A DNA stretch of 64,000 nucleotides. Origin: the human T2T-CHM13v2.0 reference genome, Homo sapiens. Made by a program: the position numbers and the translations under genes. Where the stretch lies: NCBI RefSeq assembly GCF_009914755.1, contig NC_060927.1. One strand, written 5' to 3'. The notes beneath the pieces were generated by a model that did not search any database, had not been told where the DNA came from, and saw nothing but the letters and a program-made list of their open reading frames with translations. Below, piece after piece: positions 1 through 13,757 of this stretch. Every line of letters starts with the position of its first letter. The first letter of the stretch is position 1.

Positions 1-138
1 GCAGCTATGGGACTGAGGCCCAGGCAACTCCTAGAGGCCGCTCATAGTTCTCTAGCCCTTTTCTTAGGTAGTTTATGTCATAGGAGCTTGCTTCTTCAAG
101 GCTAGCAGGAGACTCTTCAGTCAGTTAAGACTTAGTCC

Positions 139-426
139 TTTTTTTGAGATGGAGTTTCACTCTGTCACTCACCTAGGCCGGAGTGCAGTGGTGCAATCTC
201 GGCTCACTGCAGCCTCAACTTCCTAGGGCTCAGGTGATCCTCCCGCCTTAGCCTCCCGAGTAACTGCGATGACAGGTGCATGCCACCATGCCCGGCTGTG
301 TTTTGTATTTTTTTAGAGATGAGGTCTCACAATGTTGCCCATGCTGGTCCCTAACTCCTGGGCTCAAGCAGTCTGCCTGCCTCGGACTTCCAAAGTGCTG
401 GCTCACACCTGTGAGCACTTGGCTGG
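139..426 (-). mobile_element. AluJ
   Basis: Poly-T, then reverse Alu consensus with CTCCTGGGCTCAAG diagnostics. Confidence 0.85.
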
Positions 427-3071
427 AATAGGACATGTTTGTAAGTCAGCACCCTTCTCTGTTTGGGGATAATGCTTTGGACTTCTTGGTATTAAATGAC
501 TGTTTGAATCATTTTAGAAACCAACTGATACCAACATGAAGTAGCATATGACTCTGCCGTCTGTTAACTTACAAGCCAGTTTCGTGCCTGACCAGTGGCC
601 ACCAGTATTTGCTTACCAGTCATTCTAGGCTTGTTACGTTTAGGTAGCTGTGAAATGTCCCACATCAGCCCTCCATCTGTGGGCCTCTTTAGCTGCTGCT
701 GCTGCTGCAGCATCTAGCCTTTTGAAAGCTATTGTCTACTGCTCAGCTAGAAGGGTGTGTGTAGACAGCAGGACCAAGGATTCGCCTGGGTGAAAGAGTT
801 GGCAATGAGAAAGCAACCAGACCCTCCCCTCCAAGCCCAGCCCTGTATTTGACATGCAGGGCATAACCTCACTCATTCAGTCTCTCAGCCCTATGCAAAT
901 ATAAACAGCCTTCCTCTTGTCTCTCCAGGCCAGCCGGGGCCAAGAAAGAAGCCAGTGATTCCCCCAAGTGCAGTAAATAGCTCTCCTCACCTCCTGACCC
1001 TGTTATTTCCTGGTAGTTCTGAGTTGTGGATCCTGCAGTGGAGAGGGAGGGAACAAAGAAGTTGCAGAGGCCTCAGCTTCACAGAGCATTGAGCAGTGGG
1101 TGATATTGTATCCTCAGGCAGGGGTTGACCTCACATTTCAGTGCAGGTCATTCTAATGACTGCTGGACCTCCCAGTGCCACTGTGAACTAGAATGGAATA
1201 GAGTGAAGTGGATCTGAATTCCTGGACTGTGGGACCAACCTAACTTCTGAGCTGGAGAAAGTAGGTCTCATGTTCTATACCTGCTTTTTTTTAGCTCTAG
1301 GGGGAAAAAAGAATTGTGCATCTTTCTTGTTCTCTTTGCAGCTTAGGGGCATAACGTTTGGACTGTAATTGAACTGATGCTTGTTTCCCCAAAATGTCTT
1401 TGGTTTTCATTAAGGTGGGGGATTCTCTGCATTTTTGGAGTTGTCACATTATTATCGAAATTCCTCTCCACACTAAGTACTGTGTGTGGTATGCTTTTAT
1501 TTTCACCTAATTGATTTCTGCAAATAAAGTGATTTAATTTTTGGTATTAAGAAATTTAAATAACACCTTTTGGCAGATCACAAGATTTTCTTGTTCTTAT
1601 TTAATCCTGGCTTCCATCCAAATGTGAAAGAGAAATGAAATAATAAGGTAGGAAAGGCAGACCAGTAATTGTGATTAAACAACTTTTGTGTTGAGTCCAA
1701 AGACAGGTAACTTTATTTTAAGCTTCATGGGTGTAGTAAAAATATATCACCTTAAGAAAACCTGGATTGCCATTAGCCAGAACTGACTTCCAGGCTTTCT
1801 GACTTTGTACAAACAAATCACTTAATCCTGAATCCTTCTCCTCATCTTTTTTTTTTTTCTCTTTGTTTGTTTTTAAATGTATTTCTTTATTTTGTATTAC
1901 TTTCTTCTTGTCTTTTTTATATTTTATGTATTTTATTTTCCTCATCTTTAAAATGGATAAATGTTACCTTTCCTGATTCAAAGATTCTAGGCAAAGATCA
2001 AAAGAAGTCAAAGTTTGTGAAGGAACTTTGAAAATTATATATTTCTCTGCAATTGTGTTAGGGTACTTTTCTGTCTTTGATTTATGTTGGTTCTTGGAGT
2101 GATACTTTAGATGTACAAATAGTAGGTCAGAACAAACCTGTATGTAATAAATTCTGGAGAATTGAGTTCAAACTTTGGTTTTGCTTATATTTGGATAAAT
2201 TATCATCAACTTTGTTGAGGTGTAATTTATACACAATTAAATTCACCCATTTCAAATCTTCCATGTGTTTTGACTGTTTAGATAAATTGACAAATAATTA
2301 TCTTAGATAACAGTTGGTATTTCTACATTAAAGAAGGGAGAAAGAGCACCCTCTTTTGGCAAAAGTTTCTCCTGTGTGGGCTCTCCGGTCCCCCTGTCTC
2401 ATTTCAAAATCAGATTTGCATCCTGCTGTTGGAGTACACTTGAGCCCTTTCATTTATACTGGTGCAGGTTTTGTAGTCTCTTAGAGATTCAGTATGTCAG
2501 TCCCATGTCTGAGAGCAAAGGAGAAGGAAGAGGGTAGGAAAGAGCACCTGAATTGAATAGAGAGGAGGGAGCAGAGAAGGCAGAACAGTGAGATAGTATC
2601 CATTTAGTCTGAGTATTTCCAAATTTTCCAATAAAATGTCAGTGGAAGCTTTTATCATAAGGCCAAAATCTGTCCTTCAATGTGACCACAGAGCCACAGG
2701 AGACCCAAACCCCTTGTAGTCACTGATGATTTTCATTGGGCTATAGATGGGAATGGCAGCAGTCATAAATATTTCCTATGAATGAGTGTTCTAGATATTT
2801 TTTACCCAAAGATGTAGCATATCAGTGGGTCACTATTGAAAACATGTTTGGAATGAAGCAGGAAAATAAGTCAAAAGATCTCCCCTCAGTTCCTAAGCAA
2901 CTTTGTTGTAAAAATAACTGTGAAAACTGGGCTTAAATGAAACATACATTCGAATGCCTGGAGTAAGAATTATTGATAGCCCAGACTTAGTATCCCCCCC
3001 ACCTTTCCAAGTCCTTAAAGCATTGGCTTTCTACTCAGAAACGCTGCTTACCCTAGGGTGACCATAGTTAC

Positions 3072-3384
3072 TTTTATTTTTTATTTTTATTTATTTATTT
3101 ATTTTTAGATGGAGTCTCCCTCTGTTGCTTAGGCTGGAGTGCAGTGACACGATCTCACTCACTGCAACCCCCACCTCCTGGGTTCAAGCTATTCTCCTGC
3201 CTCAGCCTCCTGAGTAGCTGGGACTACAGGCGCCCACTAACACACCCGGCTAATTTTTGAATTTTTATTAGAGATGGGGTTTCACCATATTGGCCAGGCT
3301 GGTCTCGATCTCCTGACCTTGTGATCCGCCTGCCTCAGCCTCCCAAAGTGCTGGGATTATAGCCATGAGTCACCATGCCTGGCC
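3072..3384 (-). mobile_element. AluS
   Basis: (TTTA)n tail and full dimer. Confidence 0.9.
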
Positions 3385-4129
3385 ACTTTTACTTTCTCTT
3401 ATTACTTTACTTTCTACATTAATAGGTAGATTAGATTCCATCTCTTCTACCTTTATTTTGTCCTTCAGAATAGAAATTGGGAAGTAAACACAGTGTTGTT
3501 TTTTTTTTTTAATCTCAATAATTGGAATCTGTTTGAAGGAGAAAATCCCCTGCATCTCATCCTGCAAGTATAACCACTATTAAGTTCGGGTATATTTATA
3601 TCTTACAAAAATGTTTGTTTTGCATACTGTTGTGGAACTTGTTTCTTTCAATCCTTCTGGATTTCTTTCCTTGCTTAGTATGTATACCTCATTCTTATTT
3701 AAGAGCTGTACAGTATACTGTCATATGGTTGTACTCCAATGAACCTATCTCCTGTCAGTAAGTTAGCTCATTCCAAATTTTTTTCATCATATATAAGTAA
3801 GAGTCTCCAAAATATCCTTATACTATAGTCACATGCACGTGTCCAGTTATTTCCTTAGGGTAAGTTCCAAGAAGCAGAATTTCTATATCAAAGTGTTTAC
3901 TGGAAATTTTTGCCATTCTGATAGGTAAAAGTACCAGAGTGTTTAACTTGTATTTCTTTGAGTCTAAGTAAGATTGTGCATCTGTTTATTTGCCATATGT
4001 TTATTTTCCACTTTTGAGAACTGCCTGTGTACTTTATCCATTATTATTATTTAAATTAGTCAAGATATTAGCCCTTAATCATGAACTGAAAATACCCCCT
4101 CCAACCTTTTTATAAACTTTATGGTATCC

Positions 4130-4222
4130 TTTTTTTTTTTTTTTTTTTTTTTTAAGGATTTTCAATTTTTATGTAGTCAGATCTGTTGGTCTTTTCCTGT
4201 GTGTGTGTGTGTGTGTGTGTGT
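4130..4222. repeat. Poly-T (~4130-4153) and (TG)12 microsatellite (~4198-4222)
   Basis: Directly visible. Confidence 0.9.
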
Positions 4223-4387
4223 TAACTTCAGTGATGTCTCAGTTTTGGTCATTCCTGCACTCCTGCCTGCCCCCTCACCCCAAGGTGACTTGTGAGATGA
4301 GAGTTCAAATACAAGTAGTTTATTTCCAGGTACAAAGAACAAAGGGAAGCTAAGGAAGAAAAGATAGTCAATAAAAGATGTCTCATC

Positions 4388-4529
4388 TGGGCTTAGTGGC
4401 TCATGCCTATAATCCCAGCACTTTGGGAGGCTGAGGCAGTCGGAGATTGCTTGAGCTCAGGGGTTCGAGACCAGCCCAGGCAATATAGTGAGACCCTGTG
4501 TCAAAAAAAAAAAAAAAAAAAAAAAAAAA
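4388..4529 (+). mobile_element. FLAM / Alu monomer with TSD
   Basis: Left monomer plus A27 tail; TSD AAAAGATGTCT(C/T)AT on both sides. Confidence 0.85.
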
Positions 4530-4659
4530 GATGTCTTATTAAGCCAAACCCCACAGGGAAAATTGCCTGTGTGGAAACTGGGAAATTGGGCAGAACACTT
4601 GCCTCAGAATGATCCCGCCCAAATTATCAGTTATTCATTGAGGGCTGCTCTTGGGGGGA

Positions 4660-5200
4660 GTGTTCCAGTTATTTATTGCTACATAACAAAATATTCTAAA
4701 CAAAAACCACTATTTTTTATTATGATTATAATCTTTCATAGATATAGAGTTTGGGGCTGGGCTCAGCTGGTTGGTTCCTACTGAAGCTTTCTAATGCAGT
4801 TACAGGGGCTAGGACTGGAGTCATGTGAAGCCTTCCTCACTTTTACATGTCTGGTTTTCCACCTGGGCTGGGAAGGCCCACAGCTGAGGGCTGTAACACC
4901 TTGGGCTTCTTGGCTAATTCTCATTCTTGATGTGGTCTCTTCACACGGTCTCTGCAGTACTAGGCTTCTTATGTGATGTTTAGAGTTTCCAAGGCACATA
5001 GAAAGGGAGAGACAGACAGCTGCAGGATGAGATGGGGGGCCGGGGGGACCATAGCTCCTTTTTTTAAAAAAAGGAGCCAGTTGTGAAGTCACACTTATAT
5101 CACTTTAGACTTAAATATCACCAGCCCATATTCAGAGGGAGGGGAATTAGACTCTGCCTCTTTGAGCAGTTTCAAACAATCTGTGGACGGTGTTGTAAAA
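4660..5200. mobile_element. Old MLT1-family LTR
   Basis: TATTGCTACATAACAAA...GGGCTCAGCTGG...CAGCCCATATTCAGAGGGAGGGGAATTAGACTC motifs. Confidence 0.5.
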
Positions 5201-5453
5201 CTGCCACAGGGAGTTAATTTACCTGTATTTCTGCCTATTGCTATGGGCAGAGCAGCTTTAAGCACAGAGGCGCAGATAGGGGTAGCTAGAACTTGGCCAC
5301 AGCACACCAGAATCCTAAGGGATGTGTTGGTGAGGCACTGACAGCTTCTGCTATAGTTTATCAGTGAGCTCAGGAGTTCAAGTGGCTTCTCTTATTTCCA
5401 AAACTATAAAACTGTTCACTTATATTTTCTTCAAGTTCCTATTTAAAATTCTT

Positions 5454-7178
5454 TTTTTATTTTATTTTATTTTATTGATCATTCTTGGGTGTTTCTCGCA
5501 GAGGGGTATTTGGCAGGGTCATAGGACAATAGTGGAGGGAAGGTCAGCAGATAAACAAGTGAACAAAGGTCTCTGGTTTTCCTAGGCAGAGGACCCTGCG
5601 GCCTTCCGCAGTGTTTGTGTCCCTGGGTACTTGAGATTAGGGAGTGGTGATGATTCTTAACGAGCATGCTGCCTTCAAGCATCTGTTTAACAAAGCACAT
5701 CTTGCACCGCCCTTAATCCATTTAACCCTGAGTGGACACAGCACATGTTTCAGAGGGCACAGGGTTGGGGGTAAGGTCACAGATCAACAGGATCCCAAGG
5801 CAGAAGAATTTTTCTTAGTACAGAACAAAATGAAAAGTGTCCCATGTCTACCTCTTTCTACACAGACACGGCAACCATCCGATTTCTCAATCTTTTCCCC
5901 GCCTTTCCCCTCTTTCTATTCCACAAAACCGCCATTGTCATCATGGCCCGTTCTCAATGAGCTGTTGGGTACACCTCCCAGACGGGGTGGTGGCCGGGCA
6001 GAGGGGCTCCTCACTTCCCAGTAGGGGCGGCCGGGCAGAGGCGCCCCTCACCTCCCGGACTGGGCGGCTGGCCGGGCAGAGGAGCTCCTCACTTCTCAGT
6101 AGGGGCGGCAGGGCAGAGGCGCCCCTCACCTCCCGGACGGGGCGGCTGGCCGGGCGGGGGGCTGACCCCCCCACACCTCCCTCCCGGACAGGGCGGCTGG
6201 CCGGGCAGAGGAGCTCCTCACTTCTCAGTAGGGGCGGCAGGGCAGAGGCGCCCCTCACCTCCCGGACGGGGCGGCTGGCCTGGCGGGGGCTGACCCCCAC
6301 CTCCCTCTCGGACGGGGTGGCTGCCGGGCGGAGACGCTCCTCACTTCCCAGACGGGGTGGCTGCCGGGCAGAGAGGCTCCTCACTTCTCAGACGGGGCGG
6401 TTGCCAGGCGGAGGGTCTCCTCGCTTCTCAGATGGGGCGGCCGGGCAGAGACACTCCTCACCTCCCAGACGGGGTCGCGGCCGGGTAGAGGTGCTCCTCA
6501 CATCCCAGACGGGGCGGCGGGGCAAAGGCGCTCCCCACATCTCAGATGATGGGCGGCCGGGCAGAGACACTCCTCACTTCCTAGATGGGATGGCGGCCGG
6601 GAAGAGGCGCTCCTCACTTCCTAGATGGGATGGCGGCGGGGCAGAGACGCTCCTCACTTTCCAGACTGGGCAGCCAGGCAGAGGGGCTCCTCACGTCCCA
6701 GACGATGGGCGGCCAGGCAGAGACGCTCCTCACTTCCCAGACAGGGTGGCGGCTGGGCAGAGGCTGCAATCTCGGCACTTTGGGAGGCCAAGGCAGGCGG
6801 GTGGGAGGTGGAGGTTGTAGCCGGCCGAGATCACGCCACTGCGCTCCAGCCTGGGCACCATTGAGCACTGAGTGAACCAGACTCCGTCTGCAATCCCGGC
6901 ACCTCGGGAGGCCGAGGCTGACAAATCACTCGCTGTTAGGAGCTGGAGACCAGCCCGGCCAACACAGCGAAACCCCGTCTCCACCAAAAAAATACGAAAA
7001 CCAGTCAGGCGTGGCGGCGCGCGCCTGCAATCACAGGCACTCGGCAGGCTGAGGCAGGAGAATCAGGCAGGGAGGTTGCAGTGAGCCGAGATGGCAGCAG
7101 TACAGTCCAGCTTCGGCTCGGCATCAGAGGGAGACCGTGGAAAGAGGGGAGGGGGAGGGGGAGAGGGAGAGGGAGAGG
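5454..7178 (-). mobile_element. Full-length SVA retrotransposon (probably SVA_D-like), antisense in the UBE2E1 intron
   Basis: (CCCTCT)n head ~7143-7178, Alu-like domain ~6760-7140, GC-rich VNTR ~5990-6750, SINE-R ~5480-5990, AATAAA plus A-rich tail. Perfect 16-bp TSD CCTATTTAAAATTCTT at 5438-5453 and 7179-7194. Confidence 0.95.
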
Positions 7179-7290
7179 CCTATTTAAAATTCTTAGTTTA
7201 ACTTTTGTTTTTTAATGTCTGGGAGTAAGAATCAAGCACTTATTTTAATGGTTAACCAATTACACCAAAATACTTTAAAAATAATCTGCC

Positions 7291-8060
<770 letters not shown>

Positions 8061-8242
8061 GTTTTTCCCTGATGATGTAAATGCTACCTTCAGCTGAAGG
8101 CATCTTTATCCTTCAAATTCACATGAGCTCTGTACTGAGGGAAGGTACAGGGAGCCGGACCTAGGATGAGAGACCCCATGGCCCTGGGAGGGTGCAGGTG
8201 GAGGTTGAGGTTGAAGCAGCAGCAAAATGTCAGAATTAGGCA

Positions 8243-8671
<429 letters not shown>

Positions 8672-10553
8672 TTATTATTACCAGATAAAGGTTTTGCCAA
8701 ACAATAAAATAATAGATTCATATCACACAGTGAGCAAAAAATCACTGTGCAAGACTGTTCACACAACTCTGCTTTGTAGCAAGTTATTGAAGTCTGTTTC
8801 TTGAACTCTGTACTTGTGTCACTTCCCATGCTTCCCACTGACCTAGCAGCCCCCTGACTGCCCCACCTGGAGTTTGAGATTGGCAGCAGTTGCAGTGTGG
8901 AAGCTGCATAAGGAGCTGAGTGTAATGGGAGACCTTTAGCTAAAATTAATTTCGTAATCAAAGATGTGTGCCAGAATCTTTTCTTAGAATTGAGTAAAAC
9001 CTGATAAGCTCCTTTAAGAGAATCTTGGTATCCTTTTAAAACTTTCTTTGTGACACTCTTGCTTTTGGGGATCAGCACTAAATGTGTGGAGGGTAGAGGT
9101 GTTAACAATACGTTCTCCCCTCAAAAAGTCTGAACAAGATGCTCTGCTTTTCCCCCAGCTGACTCTCACTTATGCACAATATAGTTAATCATCCCAATAG
9201 AAGAGTCAGTTGTGCCCTGTGAACTGAAGAACCAGGACTAATAACCCGTTGGTATTTACTCATTCAAATAGCAGTTTTGTGTATGGTAGCATAAGCATTG
9301 CAACTGAAGAATCTGGACTCCACCATAAGGCAGATTCCAGACACCCAAGCTCTGGATTCTTTAGTGGGAATAGAGGAGTCATCACCACACACACACAGCA
9401 TTGGATTCTGTCCTGACTCGTTTTTTCTAACTTCTTGGGCGAAAGGGCAGATTAGAATTGTTCCAACTCAGGCTTGTATAATTCCTGCAGAAAAGACCTA
9501 TTGTTGGATCCACCTTTATCCTGACTTACCTACATGTTTAATCTTATAGAGGAAAATGGCTTTCAAGACACAAGGGATACTGATCTTACTTTAATTCTAA
9601 TCACTGCCGTACCCCCAACCCCTGCTTCTTTCAGGCACTTGGCATTGAACTAGTTTTGTCATTTTACTTGCTTGCCACCTACCCCCACGACTACCCTGAC
9701 AGGCCAGAAGGGAAAGTGCGGTTCCTTAGCTCACTGTACTAATAACTCCTCATTCAGCCATCCCTAGTTAAGAGTGACCCCCTAATGTCCACATTTTTTA
9801 GGTCTGCTCTTCTTTTGTCATCCCTACCAGAGTAACTTAACCCTTTACTTACAAGTTACTTGGAAGTAGTTTTCTTTTAAAAACAGTGTCATCTAATTTT
9901 TTTCAATATTGGAATGTAAATTTCCAGATGTGCTGGACTGTCCCTAGAGCAGCAGCATATACAGTAAGACCTACGATTGAATGACTAACTGGGCAAGATT
10001 GAGCTTTTGTGATGTTTTAATTATTTTACCTAATATGGAAACACTGTTGTATAATCCCAAACAGTAGTACATATTTGATCATCTAATTAAATATTGGTAA
10101 CTGTTAGTGTGCCAAGTCCTGTAGTATGTGTGGGAAATTACTACCCCCTAGAGACTTAAATTCGGATGTACAAAAGATTGTATCCAAATGACTATAGCAG
10201 TCTGTGTAAATACCCAGACAAATCTATTCTCTTCCTGGTTTGGAACAAATTTTAAAAATGAACTCTATAGCTTCCATAGGCCACAAATCATCCTTGTGCG
10301 TCACAAAAAGTTATGTCAAAAATTCCTTCGGAAGTTTATCTACTTTATGCTAGAGGAAGACAGTAGGCACCATTTCCTCAGTGTTGTTGTTACAAGACTT
10401 TTGGAGGGCTTTGTTAGAAGGCCATTAAATGGCCACACTGTTGGAGATCTTAAGTGCCTGGGATAGTCTCCTTCCCATAGTTAGGAAGATATATCCCCTA
10501 TTTAGCCCCACCGTGTTCCAGTATAACTTCCTTGATACAGTGGATACCACTAA

Positions 10554-10848
<295 letters not shown>

Positions 10849-11547
10849 AATATGTGAATTCTTGTGTGTGGGTACTAGTTTTTCTGGGGAGCCCTTTAGG
10901 TTGGCTCTAGGTCTGCAAGTTCTTTCCAAGGGATAGTTAACCTGAATGGTACATTCCTCACAGTACCAGAGCCTCTTCCTTTCCTCTTCCCCTCACCTTA
11001 GGTGAGGAAGCCTTCTAACTTAGTTATTAGGACTATGGCAGTGGTCGCCCTGCTTTTTAATAGCACTTACAAAATCGTGTCACTACCCTGTTAGTTTCTT
11101 TAGTAAAGTTTTCTCATTTTTCAAGTTCCTTCTGCCACTCGCTTCTAGGTTACAAAAGGTTACTGTTTTATGAAGGGGTGCTGAGGGTAAGAATGTACCA
11201 AGTAGATCTCATGGAGAAGGCAGCTTTCACCCAGTATCTCTGGTAGATTGCTACCTTCATAGCTTATCTTCTCTATGAATTTCTTAGCAATAGAAGAGTA
11301 AATCAGGAGTGGATTTTTAGTAGTGTGTTTGTCATAGGGAATGTAGATGTAATTGGATTTTTTTTTCATATAAGCATTTTGTAAATTCAGTTTTGGGTTT
11401 TTTGTTTTTTGTTTCTTGTTTTTGTTTTTTGTCTTAATAGAGCTAGGCATTACCAGGGTTGATGCATATTTATTACTGCAAAGAGTTGTAGACAAGGGAG
11501 GAGGGAGCTAAATAATATTAATGGTAATTTAAATCTAGAAAATCAGA

Positions 11548-11810
11548 ACTGTGGCTCACTACTGTAATGTCAGTGCTTTCAGAGGCCAAGCAGAAGTATC
11601 GCTTGAGCCCAGGAGTTCAAGACCAGTCTGGGTAACCTAGCAAGACCCTGTCTCTAAAAAAAATTTAAAAATTAGCCAGGTGTGGTGATGCACGCCTGTA
11701 ATCCTAGCAACTCAGGAGGCTGAGATGGAAGGATCACTTGAGCCAGCTGTGATTGAGCCACTGCACTCCAGCTTGAGCAACAGAGTGAGACACTGTCTCA
11801 AAGAAAGAAA
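11548..11810 (+). mobile_element. AluJ
   Basis: Diverged dimer. Confidence 0.8.
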
Positions 11811-12187
11811 CAGTTGGTATTCATTGCTCTTAATAATCCTCTGTAGCTGGCTTCTCAAACTTTAATGTGCATAAGAATCATTTGTTAACATGCACATTGA
11901 TAGGGTCTGAGGTGGAGTCTGATGTCTGCATTTCTAACAAACTCCCAGGGGATGGATGCCGATGTTGCTTGTCCAGAGGCGGCACTTTGAATATCAGTCT
12001 ACAGAACATTCAGGGTATATGCAAATTAACTTTTAATAATAACAACAGCAACCATATATATTGATCCTTTTTTGGTGTACCAGGCACAGAAAAATAAAAT
12101 AAGACTGGGCACTGGAGTCTAACAGCTGGGATTCAGATTGAAGCTCTTCCCTTTACTAGCTTAACCCTGAGCAAATTTTCTCTAAGG

Positions 12188-12408
12188 CAGGGTTTCTCAG
12201 CCTTGGCACTGTTGACATTGTAGGCTGAGATCATTCTTTGTGGGGGCTGTCTGGTGCATTGTAGGATGTTTAGCAACATCCCTGGCCTCTATCCACCAGA
12301 TGCCATTAGCACCTCCCTCCCGTTTGTGGCATTCAGAATGACTGCAAGCATTGCCAAACGTCAGGGGGTGGGGTAGGAGGCAAAATTACTTCCAGTTGAG
12401 AACCACTG
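12188..12408 (+). mobile_element. MER20 hAT element inserted in a MIR-like sequence
   Basis: CAGGGTTTCTCAGCCTTGGCACT ... GTTGAGAACCACTG; TSD CTCTAAGG/CTCTAAGA. Confidence 0.8.
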
Positions 12409-13214
12409 CTCTAAGACTACTGTTGAAATATGGGTGTTTGGGGGGGTTTGTGATATGAATGATGTACTTTATGTAAGTGACATAGAAGCTTATCATGAAG
12501 CTTCCACAGACAAAAGGAGAATAGGCATGCAGTAGCTAATAAGCAGTCCGTGCCACATCTGGCTTTCTGAGGATGATGATAAAGCTTATTCCAAGTGCCA
12601 GTTCTTTATTTTTACGAAACATTAGTCATTGTACTATGAGATAATATCAGGAATTACTTGAGATTTTTAAATAGGTAGAACTGAGTTTCTAATTCAGTTG
12701 ATCCCAAGCCTCTGCCCTTTTTTGAAATACGCTGGCACTGTTGCTACCCTGCCCCTGCCTCTGCCCCTTCCTTCATTCTTACTTCTGCTGCTGTCCGCAT
12801 GTCTCTTTTTCCCCCCTACTCTTTAAAGTTTTATTTCACTAACTTGAGGTCAAATGTCACAACTGTGTTCTGGTCAATTTACTATCCTTGCTTGGCTTCC
12901 CCAAATGGTAGTACCAGAAGATTTGTGGGGTAGGGAGAAGAGACCACTTTAAGACGCACTACATTTACTCATCTTCCACAAGGCAACAGAGTTGGGCATC
13001 TGATTATTCAACAAAACAAAGCTTCAGTAGCACCCAGGAGGGCAGACAGGCAAACCAGGCTGTAGACACACTGCATTTGTCAAAATCAGACCAGAGAAAA
13101 CCTACTCCCCACAGATTAAAAGGTAGCGATAGTCATCATTTCTTTTTCTGTTGCCACAACGTTTTTCTTCTTTTAATTATTATCATGTAGTTGTCTCAAG
13201 TCCTTCCTTTAGTC

Positions 13215-13757
13215 CAGGGTTCCCCAAAGCCTGGGCCACAGACCCCGTACTGGTCCCTGGCCCATTAGGAACCACGCACATAACAGATGAGCAGTGGGTG
13301 GGCAGGCCGGCCAGCTGAGTGAAGCTCCATCTGTATTTACAGCCACTGCCCATGGCTTGCATTACTGCCTGAGCTCCGCCTCCTGTCAGCTCAGATCAGC
13401 AATGGCATTAGGTTCTCATAGGCACACGCAAACCCTATTGTGAACTGCTCATGTGAGGGATCTAGGTTGCGTGCTCCTTATGAGAATCTAATGCCTGATG
13501 ATCTGCTACTGTCACCCATCACCCCCACATGGGACTGTCTAGTTGCAGGAAAACAAGCTCGGGGGCTCCCCACTGATTCTACATTATGGTGAGTTGTATA
13601 ATTATTTCATTCTATATCACAATGTAATACTAATAGAAATAGAGTGCACAATAAATACAATGCACTTGAATCATCCCAAACCATCCCACCCCCCATCTGT
13701 GGAAAAATTGTCTTCCACAAAAGCAGCCCCTGGTGCAGAAAAGGTTGTGGACTGCTG
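13215..13757 (+). mobile_element. MER1A hAT-Charlie DNA transposon
   Basis: CAGGG(T)TCCCCAA ... GGACTGCTG termini; perfect 8-bp TSD CTTTAGTC at 13207-13214 and 13758-13765. Confidence 0.85.

Noticed and set aside
692-710. Short (GCT)n run
   Set aside because: Only ~6 units, intronic, unremarkable.
5837-6820. 327-aa ORF and overlapping ORFs with repeated RTGRLAG motifs
   Set aside because: Translation of the GC-rich SVA VNTR; the lack of stops is compositional.
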